NCBI GenBank assembly: GCA_023645945.1
Contig: JALAIB010000064.1
Span: forward strand, 1 to 37,425
Length of the DNA: 37,425 nucleotides
Source: Diploschistes diacapsis
Lineage: Eukaryota
Reading direction: 5' to 3'
Shown here one piece after another: positions 21,607 to 33,280 of the stretch; position 1 is the first letter of the stretch, and each line of letters begins with the position of its first letter. Under the pieces are notes generated by a model. That model ran no database searches. It was given only the letters and a program-made list of their open reading frames with translations, and was not told the origin of the DNA. The position numbers were made by a program, and so were the translations under genes.

Positions 21607-23489
21607 ATGGCTTCGAAGATGTAAGTAAGTTAACCGTCACTGTTTGAGAATACGTTTGAATTTCGAGCTTGCCTCATGCTATGAATCTAGCGCCAAAGCT
21701 ATTTCCATCTACATTGAGTCCTATCTCTAAGTTTTTCAATTTCAGTTAGGTTTTACTAGGATACAAACTGATCTATCATACTAGCATCGTTACCGGCTCT
21801 GTCGGTGGTCAATTCTCTGTTGTGTTTGATAAACTTGCCAAACTTCACTCCAAGAACGCCTTCACTTTCGCGATAATTGCAGGCGATCTATTTCACGATC
21901 CGTCAGTTTCATCACCTGCAACTGAGGAAGCTGTCACTACTCTCCTCGATGGTAAGGTCAATATTGCTCTACCGACCTATTTTGGGGTCGGACGACATGG
22001 GCTTCCTACCAGGGTGATAGAACGCTTAGAAGCCAATCATGGTGAAATCTGTCCCAATCTGTACTTCTTGGGCAAACGATCCACGACGAAAACTTCAGAA
22101 GAGGTACGGATCGTCACAATTGGCGGTAGCTTGGACACAAGCGTTACAGCTGGTCAGTCTCAAGACAAGTACCTTCCTTTTCATACCGAAGGAGATGTCA
22201 AGGTCTTGCATGGAGCGAATTCGGCCGACATCCTAATCTCGAGCAGCTGGCCGGCTTCAGTCAGGAACCACTCAAAGATTCCATTTGCTGTCGATGCAGA
22301 GCCTGTTGGCGAGCAGTGTATGGCGGATCTATGCGCTGCACTGAGACCACGCTATTATTTCAGCACGAGCGATGAGGCCTTCTACGAACGTGAACCCTTT
22401 TTCCATACGCCAAAGGAGGATGCACCAGATGAGCGGCCTCTGACCCGTTTCATCAGCCTAGCGTCCATGTCTGCCAGCTCGAAAGCAAAATGGTTGTACG
22501 CATTCTCACTCGATCCAAAGGCCTCCTATCCGTTGACGCTCCCAGTGGGTACAACAGTGTCGCCACTGAGCGTGGCTCAAAAGCGTGTACGATTTGATCA
22601 TCCCCTTGACCCACAGCCCTTTGCCCGGTTCGCGACTAATGACTCATCGCACCACTCACGACCGCACAAGCGCCGCCGTAATCAGCCTCCGGCTGGGCCC
22701 GGCGAGTGCTTCTTTTGCCTCTCAAATCCGAATCTGTCGACTCACTTGATAACATCCATTGCCACTGACTCTTACCTCACTACGGCCAAAGGTCCATTGA
22801 CGCTTGCCTCAACTTATCCTGGGCTACACATATCGTGCCATGTTCTTCTCATCCCCTTGACTCATGCTGCAACGCTGTCAGCCGTGCCAGAACAAGCGTC
22901 ACAGTCGTGTACGTACGCAGAACTTCAAAAGTACCGCAGCGCACTACATTCGATGCTGAGCAGCAAGGCGGCTGGCGGATTAGGAAGTGTTACGTGGGAA
23001 GTGAGTCGTAACCGTGGTATACACTTTCACTGGCAATTCCTTCCAGTCCCAGTACACATGATTGAAAGGGGGCTGGTCGAGGCTGCCTTCCGAGTCGAGG
23101 CCGAGAACGAACAATATCCCAGCTTCCAGAAGCGGGACATTGGCAACGGCGTTGGGGAGGGCGAGTATTTCCGGCTATGGATATGGAAACCTAGGCCAGC
23201 AACAACCGAAGCAAAGAGCGACGGAGAAAACCATGGCGCAGAGGATAAGGAGGTAGAGGATGGGAATACAGCATCCGCAGCAGCAGCAGAAGTGCAAATG
23301 GTTCTCCCTCTGGTGCCGGAGCTACGCTTTGACATACAGTTTGGACGCAGAGTGATGGGCAAACTTTTAGGTCTCGAGAAACGATTGGACTGGCGAGACT
23401 GTGTGCAGGGCGAGGACGAAGAGAAAGCAGAGGCCGATCGCTTCAAGGAGCTCTTCAAGCACTTTGACTTTTCGCTTGAGGACGACTGA
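21607..23489 (+). CDS. DRN1: CWF19-like protein 1/Drn1 (metallophosphatase-like plus CwfJ C-terminal domains); exons 21607-21620, 21785-23489
   Basis: MASKI|IVTGSVGG, AIIAGDLF, NLYFLGKR, DILISSSWP, LRPRYYF, FYEREPF, TRFISLA, CFFCLSNP, AKGPL, HVLLIPLTH, HFHWQFLPVP, DIQFGRRV, FKHFDFSL. Confidence 0.92.
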
Positions 23490-23718
23490 GTGTCTCCAGT
23501 ATCTCAATCGTACTTGAGTTTATTTGAGAAGCGAAGTCTCGACGGAGATGCAGTATCTCTGTTGCCATTGGTGCTACCGAGCACTCAAGTTCTTGTTGAT
23601 ATATTACACAATATAAGTTTATTTTTGGCTGGCACAAGCCAAAGAAGAAACAGAGAAAAAAGGCCCTGTTCAGTCTCAGTAAGATTGGGGCCTACCACAC
23701 GTAACATTTCAGCCATTA

Positions 23719-23924
23719 CAGCAATAATTTGCACGGCAGATACATCTTCCGCCACTTTATGCCCACCTAAGGGCTCTAGAGAGGCTTCAGATCATTAACA
23801 TCATGAATCCGAAAGATCTCTGGAGAGCTTCAAACATATCAGAATTTGTTATGTGGTTATTCTAAACCGTCCTTTGGGCTCTTGTGTGGGCATAAAGTGA
23901 TGGAAGAGGTATGCAAATTGTTAC
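23719..23924. mobile_element. MITE-like element (~205 bp) with imperfect ~55-bp terminal inverted repeats
   Basis: CACTTTATGCCCAC (23753-23766) is the exact reverse complement of 23886-23899; flanking AATTTGCA, TCTTCC and AAGGGCTC segments also pair imperfectly; TA flanks both sides. Confidence 0.65.
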
Positions 23925-24950
23925 TAATGTCGCCTGCACCTCTTGCATTGAATGATTGATGATTGCATTGATGGAGGCAGTTAATTTGATATGCCGATTG
24001 ACCTGCTCAAATTGGATTGACGTACGAGTATGGACGGTGATTAGGCCGGTTAATGGATCACGGTGCTTACCTCTAGCGGTATCTGACTTCTAGCGTACTC
24101 GGTTTTTCTTCCTAGAAACATGGACTAGAAATTGCACCAAGCTAATAGTCGGGCACTACGGGAGGCTGAGCAAAAGATTCTCTGGTTCATTGGTAAGGTT
24201 ATCTATGCATGGCCGCATCCCCCCGCTGCCAGCATTATTCCATTCACAATTCATTCAGGCACTTCTAATCTTCAGGAGCATGCGATTCGCCAGGCTACCA
24301 GCCAGCTAGCGCAAGCCAGACACGAAAGTGAGCAATAAGGTCTCAATCGAACCGACTAAACTACTAGGTAGAGCGGGACTTCGGGCGACGGCGACAGAAA
24401 AACAGACTAGCCACTTGTGGAATGCGGCTAAGATAAGGCAGAGTCCCCCCATCCCTCGTCTTTTTCTCCGTTCAGTATCGCTCATCAACCTTCATCCTTC
24501 CACTATCTAGTCAGGTCTTACAACGGCCTATTGGCTTCTTACGGAAGGACCAGCCACTGACGAACTCCTTTCTCCAGCGCCTCGGCTGCTCTCCCCCTCC
24601 CAATGCTGTGAGCTTCTGGGCCTCCTGCAGAAAAAGATGTCGTCCACAAATCAGAGCTCACGCTACGGAGACACCAGAAAAGACCAGGATGAAGTTGACA
24701 AGCCGAGCCCTTCACCAACTTCCTCATCAAGCAGTTAGCTCTCCATCTACCACTGCACGGTCAGGTAGGTGATTAACTGGGCTTGTTTATCTCTTGGGTG
24801 ATAAATGTACGAGTATATTAGAACGTCATGTCTGCCTTTTACTTTTGCCATCGTTGTTGCTACTGTTTTCTTCTTGGTGCATCCCCTTCTACTGGTTGCT
24901 ATATTAAATGTCCATAAACCACACAATAGTCTAATTGTATTTGCTACGTA

Positions 24951-26621
24951 ATGCTGCTCAAAAACACCTGCGTCGCGCTTGGTGCGGGTGCTCTCCTAAT
25001 TGGAGAGGCGGTGGCTGATGCATATTTGGAGAGATTCGCGCAGCTATCGAGGAGCAAGGGGAGGACAGACACAAGATTCCAAAAGTCGAGAGAAGAGACC
25101 AAAGCCACGAATACCTCTAGCTTCCGTTACCTGACGAATACAACTGAGCGTAAGTTTAATGCGATGATGGGTGGCAGCTTCGACCTAAAAACCTCGCAGC
25201 ATATCGAGTAGCCTCCCTTCCGGACGTTCACTTCGATGTTGGTGAGCTCTACTCGGGAGAGGTCCCGATTGTGGAGGGCAAAAACAACCGAACGCTTTTC
25301 TTCGTATACAAGCCGACGCTTGGTGCACCCGTTGACGAGGTCACGATCTGGTTGAACGGTGGGCCGGGATGCAGTTCGCTGGAAGGTTTCTTCCAGGAAA
25401 ATGGCCCATTCGTCTGGCAGCCAGGTACTTGTCGATTGTGAATGGACTTGGCATGTATTGACTTGCATAGGCACCTATTTGCCGGTTGAGAACCCGTACA
25501 CCTGGGCCAATCTGACCAATATGCTATGGGTGGAACAGCCAGTCGGCACAGGTTATACTCTTGGTGCCCCCACTGCTACCAACCAGGAAGAGATAGCACA
25601 GGACTTTATCAAGTTCTTCAAGAATTGGGAGCAACTTTTCGGTATCAAAGATTACAAAATCTACATCACAGGCGAGTCTTATGCTGGACGTTACGTTCCC
25701 TACATTTCCGCGGCCATGCTCGACCAAAACGACACAACCTACTACAACCTTTCCGGAGCGCTTATCTACGATCCTTCCATTGGCAGTGGCTACTCCCAGG
25801 AGGAAGCTACTTCGGTCCCATTTGTTGAATCAAACGCCAATCTCTTCACCTTCAACAGCACCTTTATGTCGCAGCTCCAGTCCCTCGACAAGTCATGCGG
25901 ATATGCTGCCTTCCGTGAGAAGTACCTGACTTTCCCCCCATCGGGCGTGCAGCCACCGCAGCACATAAACTACAACACCATCGGCAACTGCGACGTCTTC
26001 GACGCCATCAACAACGCCGCCCTTGAGATCAACCCATGCTTTGACATTTACGAGGTCAATCAGCAATGTCCCCTGCTCTGGGATGTCCTTTCCTTCCCGA
26101 CGGAGGTCGAATACACCCCCGCCGGCGCAACGACCTACTTTAACCGCTCGGATGTCAAAACGGCCATGCACGCCCCGCAGGACGTTGAGTGGATGATCTG
26201 CACCAACAAACCCGTGCTCCGCCGCGACACCTCGGCCATGTCCATCGAGCATGTCATCCCACAAGTCATTGAAGCCACGAACCGCTTCCTCATCGCGTCG
26301 GGCGACTTCGACATGATCCTCATCACCAATGGTACACTGATGAGCATCCAGAACATGACGTGGAACGGCAAGTTGGGTTTCCAGAGCAAGCCGAACACGC
26401 CGATTAACATCCTGACGCCGGACCTCGAGTACGAGACCGTTTTCGACGAGAATGGTCTCAATGGCGTTGATGGACCACAGGGGGTGATGGGTGTCCAGCA
26501 CTATGAGAGAGGCTTGATGTGGGCGGAGACGTTCCAGTCAGGCCACATGGAGCCCGAATTCCAGCCCAGGGTGACCTACAGGCATTTGCAGTGGCTGTTG
26601 GGACAGATTGAGACGTTGTGA
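24951..26621 (+). CDS. Secreted serine carboxypeptidase, family S10 (CpdS/PepF-like); exons 24951-25149, 25200-25424, 25471-26621
   Basis: Signal peptide; [39 protein letters not shown], catalytic GESYAG, GDFDMI (Asp) and SGHMEP (His). Confidence 0.95.
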
Positions 26622-26645
26622 GGGGTTATGTGAGGGTGGATTGAA

Positions 26646-26768
26646 TGATGATGTTCTCTGCTATGAAATAGTGAATGATTGTATTAAGGTAGGTAAAACT
26701 ACAGTTTACGAGACCAGCTTAGATAAATACCCCACCACCCCATGGATCATCAATACATTCTGAACACA
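26646..26768 (+). repeat. Diverged direct repeat, copy 1 (~125 bp)
   Basis: Shares AATGATTGTATTAAG, AAACTACAGTTT and TCATCAATACATTCTGAACACA (26747-26768) in the same order with 28556-28685. Confidence 0.85.
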
Positions 26769-28555
26769 TCTGATGTGAACAATCCAGATCTCCCCCTATT
26801 CCGTTCGCAGGGACATTCCTTGATCTGACATTTGCTTGGATGCTTTTCAAAGGTCTCTTTTGGCCAGCGCTTTAGTAGGCATATCGGCTGGATTCTCTGT
26901 AGTAATTGTGATGATATACTAGACTACAAGTCGGCAGCGTGGGGTCGAACGATGAAGACGACTTGGCAACCTGGCTATCTGGCCTAATCCTAAAGCGGCT
27001 AGTCTACTTTCGACGCAGCGGGGGGTCGGCACTTCGGCATTGAAGGTTTGGACTCGGGGTTAGCAGGGGAAAATATTGGGGCACTAAAAACGGGATGCTG
27101 TCATTCAGTTGCCATGGGGCTGCTCATCATTATCTTATCATACATTGACTACAAGAGGCACACACCATTTTATGACGCATTTATCGCGGGCATTAACATA
27201 ACAGCATATTTGATTGAGAAGACACACAACCCCCTTGCCTTTGCGAGGACTGGGGGCAATTGGTATGTATGCCTTGGGCATAATGATGATTTCATCCGGT
27301 GGTAGTAGTAGCCCTTTCTGGCTGCTCTATGCGCATGATGCCCCGATCAGCGTCCACGTTTTGTGGCTTCAGCGGCTGGGCTCTTTTGGCTCTTGGCTTG
27401 ATACTTTCAGTTCCGTAGGCCCTTTGTCTGGACACGTTGTTCGGTCGTGTCTGATTGGGGTTTTGAAGGGTCTTCGCTCAACATTTCGTTGAGAGAGTGG
27501 CCTCGCTTCCTGCCTGCATTCAGGGCAGGGGGGCTTAGCTGTGTCAATGGGTGGTGTGCCTCGTTTTGCCACAGCTAGGGTGGGGTATACTGTAGGGGTT
27601 TAGCCATGACGTATTGGATACAGCAAGTCATAATACTGCCACTATTGCGTTTGTTCGTTGAGCTTTTTGACTTATTAGCCAGTGGACACCTTCTAAGGCT
27701 GTTTAATGATGGTGCCGGGATTTACACCTTTCAGATCTGGTAGTACAGTACTAGGCCAAAAGTAGTTAGGTACACCATAAGCGGCAGTAAAGAGACAGTC
27801 AACTATTTACTGCCGCTTATGGTGTACCTAACTACTTTTGGCACCTTTTGTTTCGTAGGCTGTAGGAAATCCTCTAATAATCTTAGATCTAATTTGTTTA
27901 TCTGCACAAGCTTTGTATTTCATCCAAGTGTTTTGCGTCGAGCTTTAGTAGTTCACTCTGATTTGAGAAGTCCTGAACGCTGTCGAGTTTAGTAAGCGTG
28001 AGAGTTTTCTTTTTTGGGTAAGTTAGGTTTAGTGCCTTTGTCGCTTGTATTTTTATAATGCTTATTGATAATAGCTCATGGCTGCCTTCTGTCTCCTCTG
28101 TTCTTAACCTGTTTGTTGCCCGAGTGCTTTGATTGATTTAAAACGCCAGTGTCTCCCCAGTAAAGCTGCACGTTCTTCTGTTGTTTCTTACACTCAATTA
28201 AGTTAAGCTTCTATTCGGCTATGGCTGCAGCTTGATTTTCCGTTGGTTCAGTAGAGCTTTCGATTTTTTCGATCCTTGATGGAGGAGAAATATTCTTTTT
28301 CGTTTTGGGTTAGAGAGTTGCTCCTCCTTTCTAGTGTGTAGGTCTTTATATATCTTTGGTTCTGGCGAGAAGTTGAAAGTCCCGCCGCCATCTTGTATCA
28401 TCCTTTGGACCATTGAACCTTTTTTAGCTTCAGGCCAGCTGTCTTGAACTTGAGCTCGTTTATACTAGGCATGACTACTTATAGTAGTAGTTAAAAGGCT
28501 TGGTTGGAGGATGAGAGAAGTGTTCCGGTGCATGAAAGCAACCGGGCTCATAGCC
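26769..28555. mobile_element. Decayed transposon-derived block (class unresolved)
   Basis: No intact ORF; stop-riddled, Lys/Arg-rich minus-strand fragments (incl. RHDRTTCP, like a zinc-knuckle remnant); partly AT/TpA-rich; bounded by direct repeats and containing a TIR-like hairpin. Confidence 0.45.
27755..27842. repeat. Perfect 37-bp inverted repeat with 14-bp spacer
   Basis: GCCAAAAGTAGTTAGGTACACCATAAGCGGCAGTAAA (27755-27791) is the exact reverse complement of 27806-27842. Confidence 0.95.
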
Positions 28556-28685
28556 TGTTGTTGTCTGCCATGAGAACAATAAATGATTGTATTAAGTTAG
28601 GGAAAGAAGAAACTAAACTACAGTTTTACCAGGCAAGCTTAAACACCCCCATTATCCTATGAGTCATCAATACATTCTGAACACA
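28556..28685 (+). repeat. Diverged direct repeat, copy 2
   Basis: 22-mer at 28664-28685 is identical to 26747-26768; other differences are mostly transitions plus small indels. Confidence 0.85.
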
Positions 28686-29059
28686 GAACCGGCTTCAACA
28701 ATGGGGCCTGAATCCAAGCCCAGCAATCCTGACGCTGAATCTGCCCGGGGCTGTGGGTAGGCAGATAGCCGGCTAAACCCCCAAACTCTCGGACGAAGGT
28801 CTGAAGGCAGGGAAGGAAGGGAAATATTCTTCAACGGTGGGCTGTTCAGCGAGGGGGAGACAGCGAAGTACATGCACGTAAAAACCAAGACCGTAGTGGA
28901 TCGTGTACTATATTTCTACCATGGTTTCGCTACGTTCTACATACCAAAAACTTTCTACGCTAGCAGCAACCCATGCTACAAGCCGATAGTACAGACAGGC
29001 ACGCCGCATTCGAGCGAATTGCAACATTGTTAACCGACAGAGACCATTCTCTTCCCCGC

Positions 29060-30414
29060 TCAACCAGACAAAGTAGAGTTGGAAGACGACAAGGTCGAAT
29101 TCCCACCGGAGCTCGAGATGCTGGAGCTGGAATTCGACGCCGAAGCAGAGCCGGAGCTCATGCACGAGGCAGAACCCGTGGATGTGGAGTTTGAGCCGGC
29201 CATGGAGGAGCCGGTGGATTTGTGACCTTTGCCTTTGCCTTTGCCTTTGCCCTTTCCTTTACCTTTTTCCTTGTGGTTCTTGCTGCCCTTCTGGCCGTTT
29301 TGGCCATCTGTGCCATTTCCATTCTGACCATTTTGGCCGTTCTGGACGTTCTGGCCGTTCATGCTAGAAGACGGTGCCATGCCGCCTGTGGACGTTTTGC
29401 CAGCGGCGCCTGTGTTTCCGGGAGCGCCGCTTGAGCTACTACTCGATCTGGCGCCGGCGCATCCGGCGGACGAGGAGTTGGAACTGGAACTGGAGCCGGA
29501 GCTGGTACTGTTGGCCGAAGACGAAGCGCCAGCGGAGGCTGACGAGCCGTTTCCGGCTGCTCCGACATGGGACGAAGTGCTATTACTGCTGGTCAAAGTA
29601 TTGTTACCACCAGCACCAGCCCCTCCGACAGCAGCATCAATCTCGTCAGCCGTCGCATCCTCAACCAGCAAATTCTGCGAAAATATACAACCCTCCGTGT
29701 CGTTCGCGACGTCGCACGTATTCCCCTTGGCCGTCGTATCGCCGACCTTGCCGGGCGCAAACGTGCCGCTCTTCAGCGCATCCTGGGCGTTGCCGCCGAC
29801 AGCCGCGATCTGCTGGGCGAGAGCGAGGACGATGGCCTTGTTTGCGACGGCGGCGCCGGTGGAGGCCGGGTCCTGGTGCTGCTGGACGGCGGCGATTTCA
29901 GGGTTGGCGGCTGGGATAGAGGTGCAGGACTTGGATTTTAGGCCGACGGAGCCGGTGTTGCGTTCGAGAGCGCGGTAAATTAGGGCGGCGGTCATTCTAT
30001 AGGGGGGGGGTGGACGTCAGCTTTATGAATATTTGAAGGGTGGAGGAGCGCTTACCCAGTGGTATCGTCGGCGGCTTTGGCGTTGGTGAAGGCTTGGTCG
30101 GCCGTAGCTTGTTGAAGGCAGTCGGTATCGGTGATGCCACCGGCGCCTTGTTTGGCAGCCTGGTGGGGACGTGTTAGCTCTGTCGTTGTCCTTGTACAGT
30201 TGCCGTCAAAGCTTACTGCATTGCCCAAGAGGCCGAAGACGGGGTCCTGGATCTTGGCCGGGTTGTTCGTGTTCAGCGAGGTGCGGACGGTGGCCAGTAT
30301 CTGGTTATGGGAGTGCTCCTGAGGCACCTCGCGCCTCCCGAGCTGTGAGTTGACCGGGCGGCCAGCCACCAGGGAGAGGGACGCAAGCGCGAAGGGAACG
30401 AGATTGGCCCTCAT
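29060..30414 (-). CDS. Secreted conserved fungal protein (EVPQEHSH family) with Ser/Gly/Asn-rich tail; exons 30414-30217, 30159-30056, 29996-29060
   Basis: Signal peptide, dibasic RR site before EVPQEHSH, DPVFGLLGNA|AA, DCLQQATADQAFTNAK, ALIYRALERNT, QHQDPAS, SGTFAPG, KGNTCD...GCIF; canonical introns. Confidence 0.88.
29226..29272 (-). repeat. Hexanucleotide coding repeat encoding (KG)n
   Basis: cctttg/cctttc units give KEKGKGKGKGKGKGH. Confidence 0.8.
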
Positions 30415-31412
30415 GACTGCAGGAGTCGTCGCAATGGCACAAACAGTAGTGGAGAATTTGTGAAAGTATGTACGAGAAGTAGAGTCTCAAATTGCTTTCA
30501 AAGCAGCGAATCCGACCAGCGTAAAGAACGGAATTGTACAAGCTGTACTTCAAAAAGAACGGATACCAGTAGGACAGAGCATCCACGATCGGCGGCGTGA
30601 AATGCTGAAGAGGAAAGGGAAAAACCAGGAATCCATCATCTCGAACTTACCATGATTTATATGTAAGAAGGCTGCTTGAGCGGCAACCCAATCTTGCATG
30701 ATATATTCAGCTTTCCGAGCTCCGGTCTGAGATAGACCGGGAGCCCGCCAGCTTAGCGCCCGGCAGCATAGGGGCTTCTTTGCGATAATGCTTGCAAGGG
30801 GACTTGGTATGGGTGAGGCTTCTGGAGTTTTGTTCGTGGGTTGCTTTCAAACGCTTCACGTTACAAACCTCGTAGAAGAACTTTAAGCGACGTTGCGGGC
30901 GGCGGCCGCTCGAAGCCCCGGTCACACCCCAACTATCCCGAGTCACCAACCAAGTTTGATATAGCCTGCAAATGAAGTGTGGGGGAGTTTTCTCGACAGG
31001 AACGGTTTGAGAAGAACGAGTCAAAGTAGGGTTGAAATGTCTTTCAGAACCAAGTAGACCTAAAAGTAGGGTGTGAGGTCGAGGTTGTTGTTCTAGAGTC
31101 TAGTGGTAACTAAGCTTGTTCACATCGGAGACAGGATGCCATTATGAGACTCATGTTCTTCTGACTCCCTGATGTCATGTCTAGCACTACAAGCAACTGA
31201 GGCAGCCACAGCGGCATGAACAGACAACGCTATGGTGGCGTCGTTGGTAACTATATACAGGGGAAAAACCGAGGCCAAGGACCCGAACAGCCAACACCTA
31301 ACAGAAACCGTTGAAGTAAACTCCATAATTTGTTCGTAGCCTTCCTTAGCTATCTATTCCCAGCCAACCACATGTGTGAATACTGTAATGAGGTAAACGT
31401 GCACTTTATATC

Positions 31413-32516
31413 TCAAACATCCCTCCACGACCCGTCCACAGGTTTCCGCGCCGACTGATAGGGCTGATAACTTTGCTGGCTTTGGTAGCCTTGCTGCTGG
31501 TACGGAGGCACACCGTAGCCTGACTGTTGTGCTGGTGGCGGTGGTGAGATGCCAAGCAATTCGTGGGCTTGAGACTGAGGAGCGAACGAGGTGGATGGAG
31601 AGGACACGCTGTAAGAGCTGTGGCCAGGCTCAAGCGCCGGCCGCTGTGGCTGCGTGTTTCCGTAGTTATATGAAGAACCAGGCGTTTGCCGCCCAGCTAA
31701 GGCAGCACCAGCTCCAGTCCCAGCTCCTGCAACTGCTACGCCACTAGCAGGAATCGTGCCCATTGTCTGGGCCCCTCTATAAGTCGTGTTTTGGTCGTAA
31801 TGCGCAGCTCCTCCAAGGTCACCGCCTTCTTGTGCAATGTTCCGCTGGTACGGCATTGTGTCGCTGTAACCGCCGTGCGTCCCTTGACCCCCATACGGTG
31901 CAGGCGCCTGGTTGGCAAGCATTGGTGCCTTCTGCTCCTGATCCGGATCTATTCTGCCCAGTTCCATGTCTTCTGATTGATGGTGCTCCGAGATTCTTCT
32001 TTCCGATGCGTGGTCCCAACTGGGCATTGCCGGCAGAGAATCCTCACCGACCTTGCTTCGACCTGTCTCGAAGTGGGCATATTGCGGTTGCGAGTTGTAG
32101 AATGGGGGGGGTTGTGTGTGGTAGCCCTGGTATGGCGATGGCTGGAATGGCGGAGGACCTTGATCTCTGTACTTTGTCCTGTCACGCCCACCTCGAGGAG
32201 AGGGGCAACAAGCGTTCACACAAGAGCAGATGCCGCAACAACAATCGAGGCCGCAGCAACAGCATCGCACAAGGCAAAAGATGATTGAGAGGGCAATGAG
32301 AGACCCGATTACGATTGCGACGATAACGGGATATCTAGCCTCAGGATCAGTTGCTGTTTGGCGATCGAAAAGACACAACACTCACTTGCAGTAGTCCTTG
32401 GACATGCAACTGTCCCAACTGGAGAAAGTGCTCTTGACGCCATTCACGTCGCCTTCTATGCTCTGTCTGGCAAACAAGGCCAGACGGGCCGCAAACGCAG
32501 AAGTCGGCGGTGGCAT
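31413..32516 (-). CDS. Single-TM protein with juxtamembrane Cys cluster (fungal 'fibroin-3 related' family); exons 32516-32386, 32334-31413
   Basis: KSTFSSWDSCMSKDYCK|YPVIVAIVIGSLIALSIIFCLVRCCCCG, EDSLPAMPSW, and a P/Q/Y/G-rich cytosolic tail ending SWRDV; intron GTGAGT...ACTGAT...TAG. Confidence 0.85.
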
Positions 32517-33280
32517 GGTAAAGATTGCTCTCAATCCACTGACGACAGCGAAAGTGTGCTCAGCTCTCAGGTAGGCCCAAAGTGCTCCGGGCAACCCAAA
32601 GCGACCGTTCGAAGATAAAGGATCTCTTGAATTTCCAGCCCCGAGGTTGAGGATAGTGAATGCGCGACAAGTGAAGATGAAGCAGGGACAAGGAAAGTTG
32701 GTTGCGAACGAAAGTCTTTGGGTAGGAGAGCAAACCCTCAATCAAGCGGTTGACAATGAAGCATTGATTCCTCCCTGCTGTCACAGTGATTGTGTTAGTA
32801 TGGTAGATGTTGCCTTTCCAAAAGAGCCCTCCTGGCTCGCTCGATGAAACAGTCAGCCCTATGTGGCGTTGCTCGCTTATGCTGCCAATTCTGGATTGCT
32901 GCGCCTCAGTGTGGCGCGTCTATCTGACCTCAAGCTTATACGAAGTGTACGCACGAAGTGTACGCGTATACGAGCGGAGGCGGTTTTGGTTGTGACTACC
33001 TAGTACGCTTTTATTCGAGGAAATGAATTTTAACAGATCTCTCCTCTTTTCCACCGCCATCATGCAGGTAAGAATGCGAGCCAGCAGGCATAGCCTTGTT
33101 TTACCCAGCTGGTGGAGGTGTGCGTTGGGCACCCATCGGTCAAAGGCCTAGGTAGTATTTAGCATCCCACTTTAGTGTGTGCGTCTGGCAAGATGAGCCT
33201 CGTCTTCTGTACTCAAAGTTTCCATATCTTCGTGTTTCTCTGTTTGTGCTCAAGAATTGTCGGCTTGAGTCAGAAGCGAG

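Noticed and set aside
29290..29365. NGQ repeats as an NLR amyloid-signalling partner for the nearby NACHT gene
   Set aside because: The protein is secreted and not adjacent, and the NACHT protein has no matching N-terminal amyloid motif.
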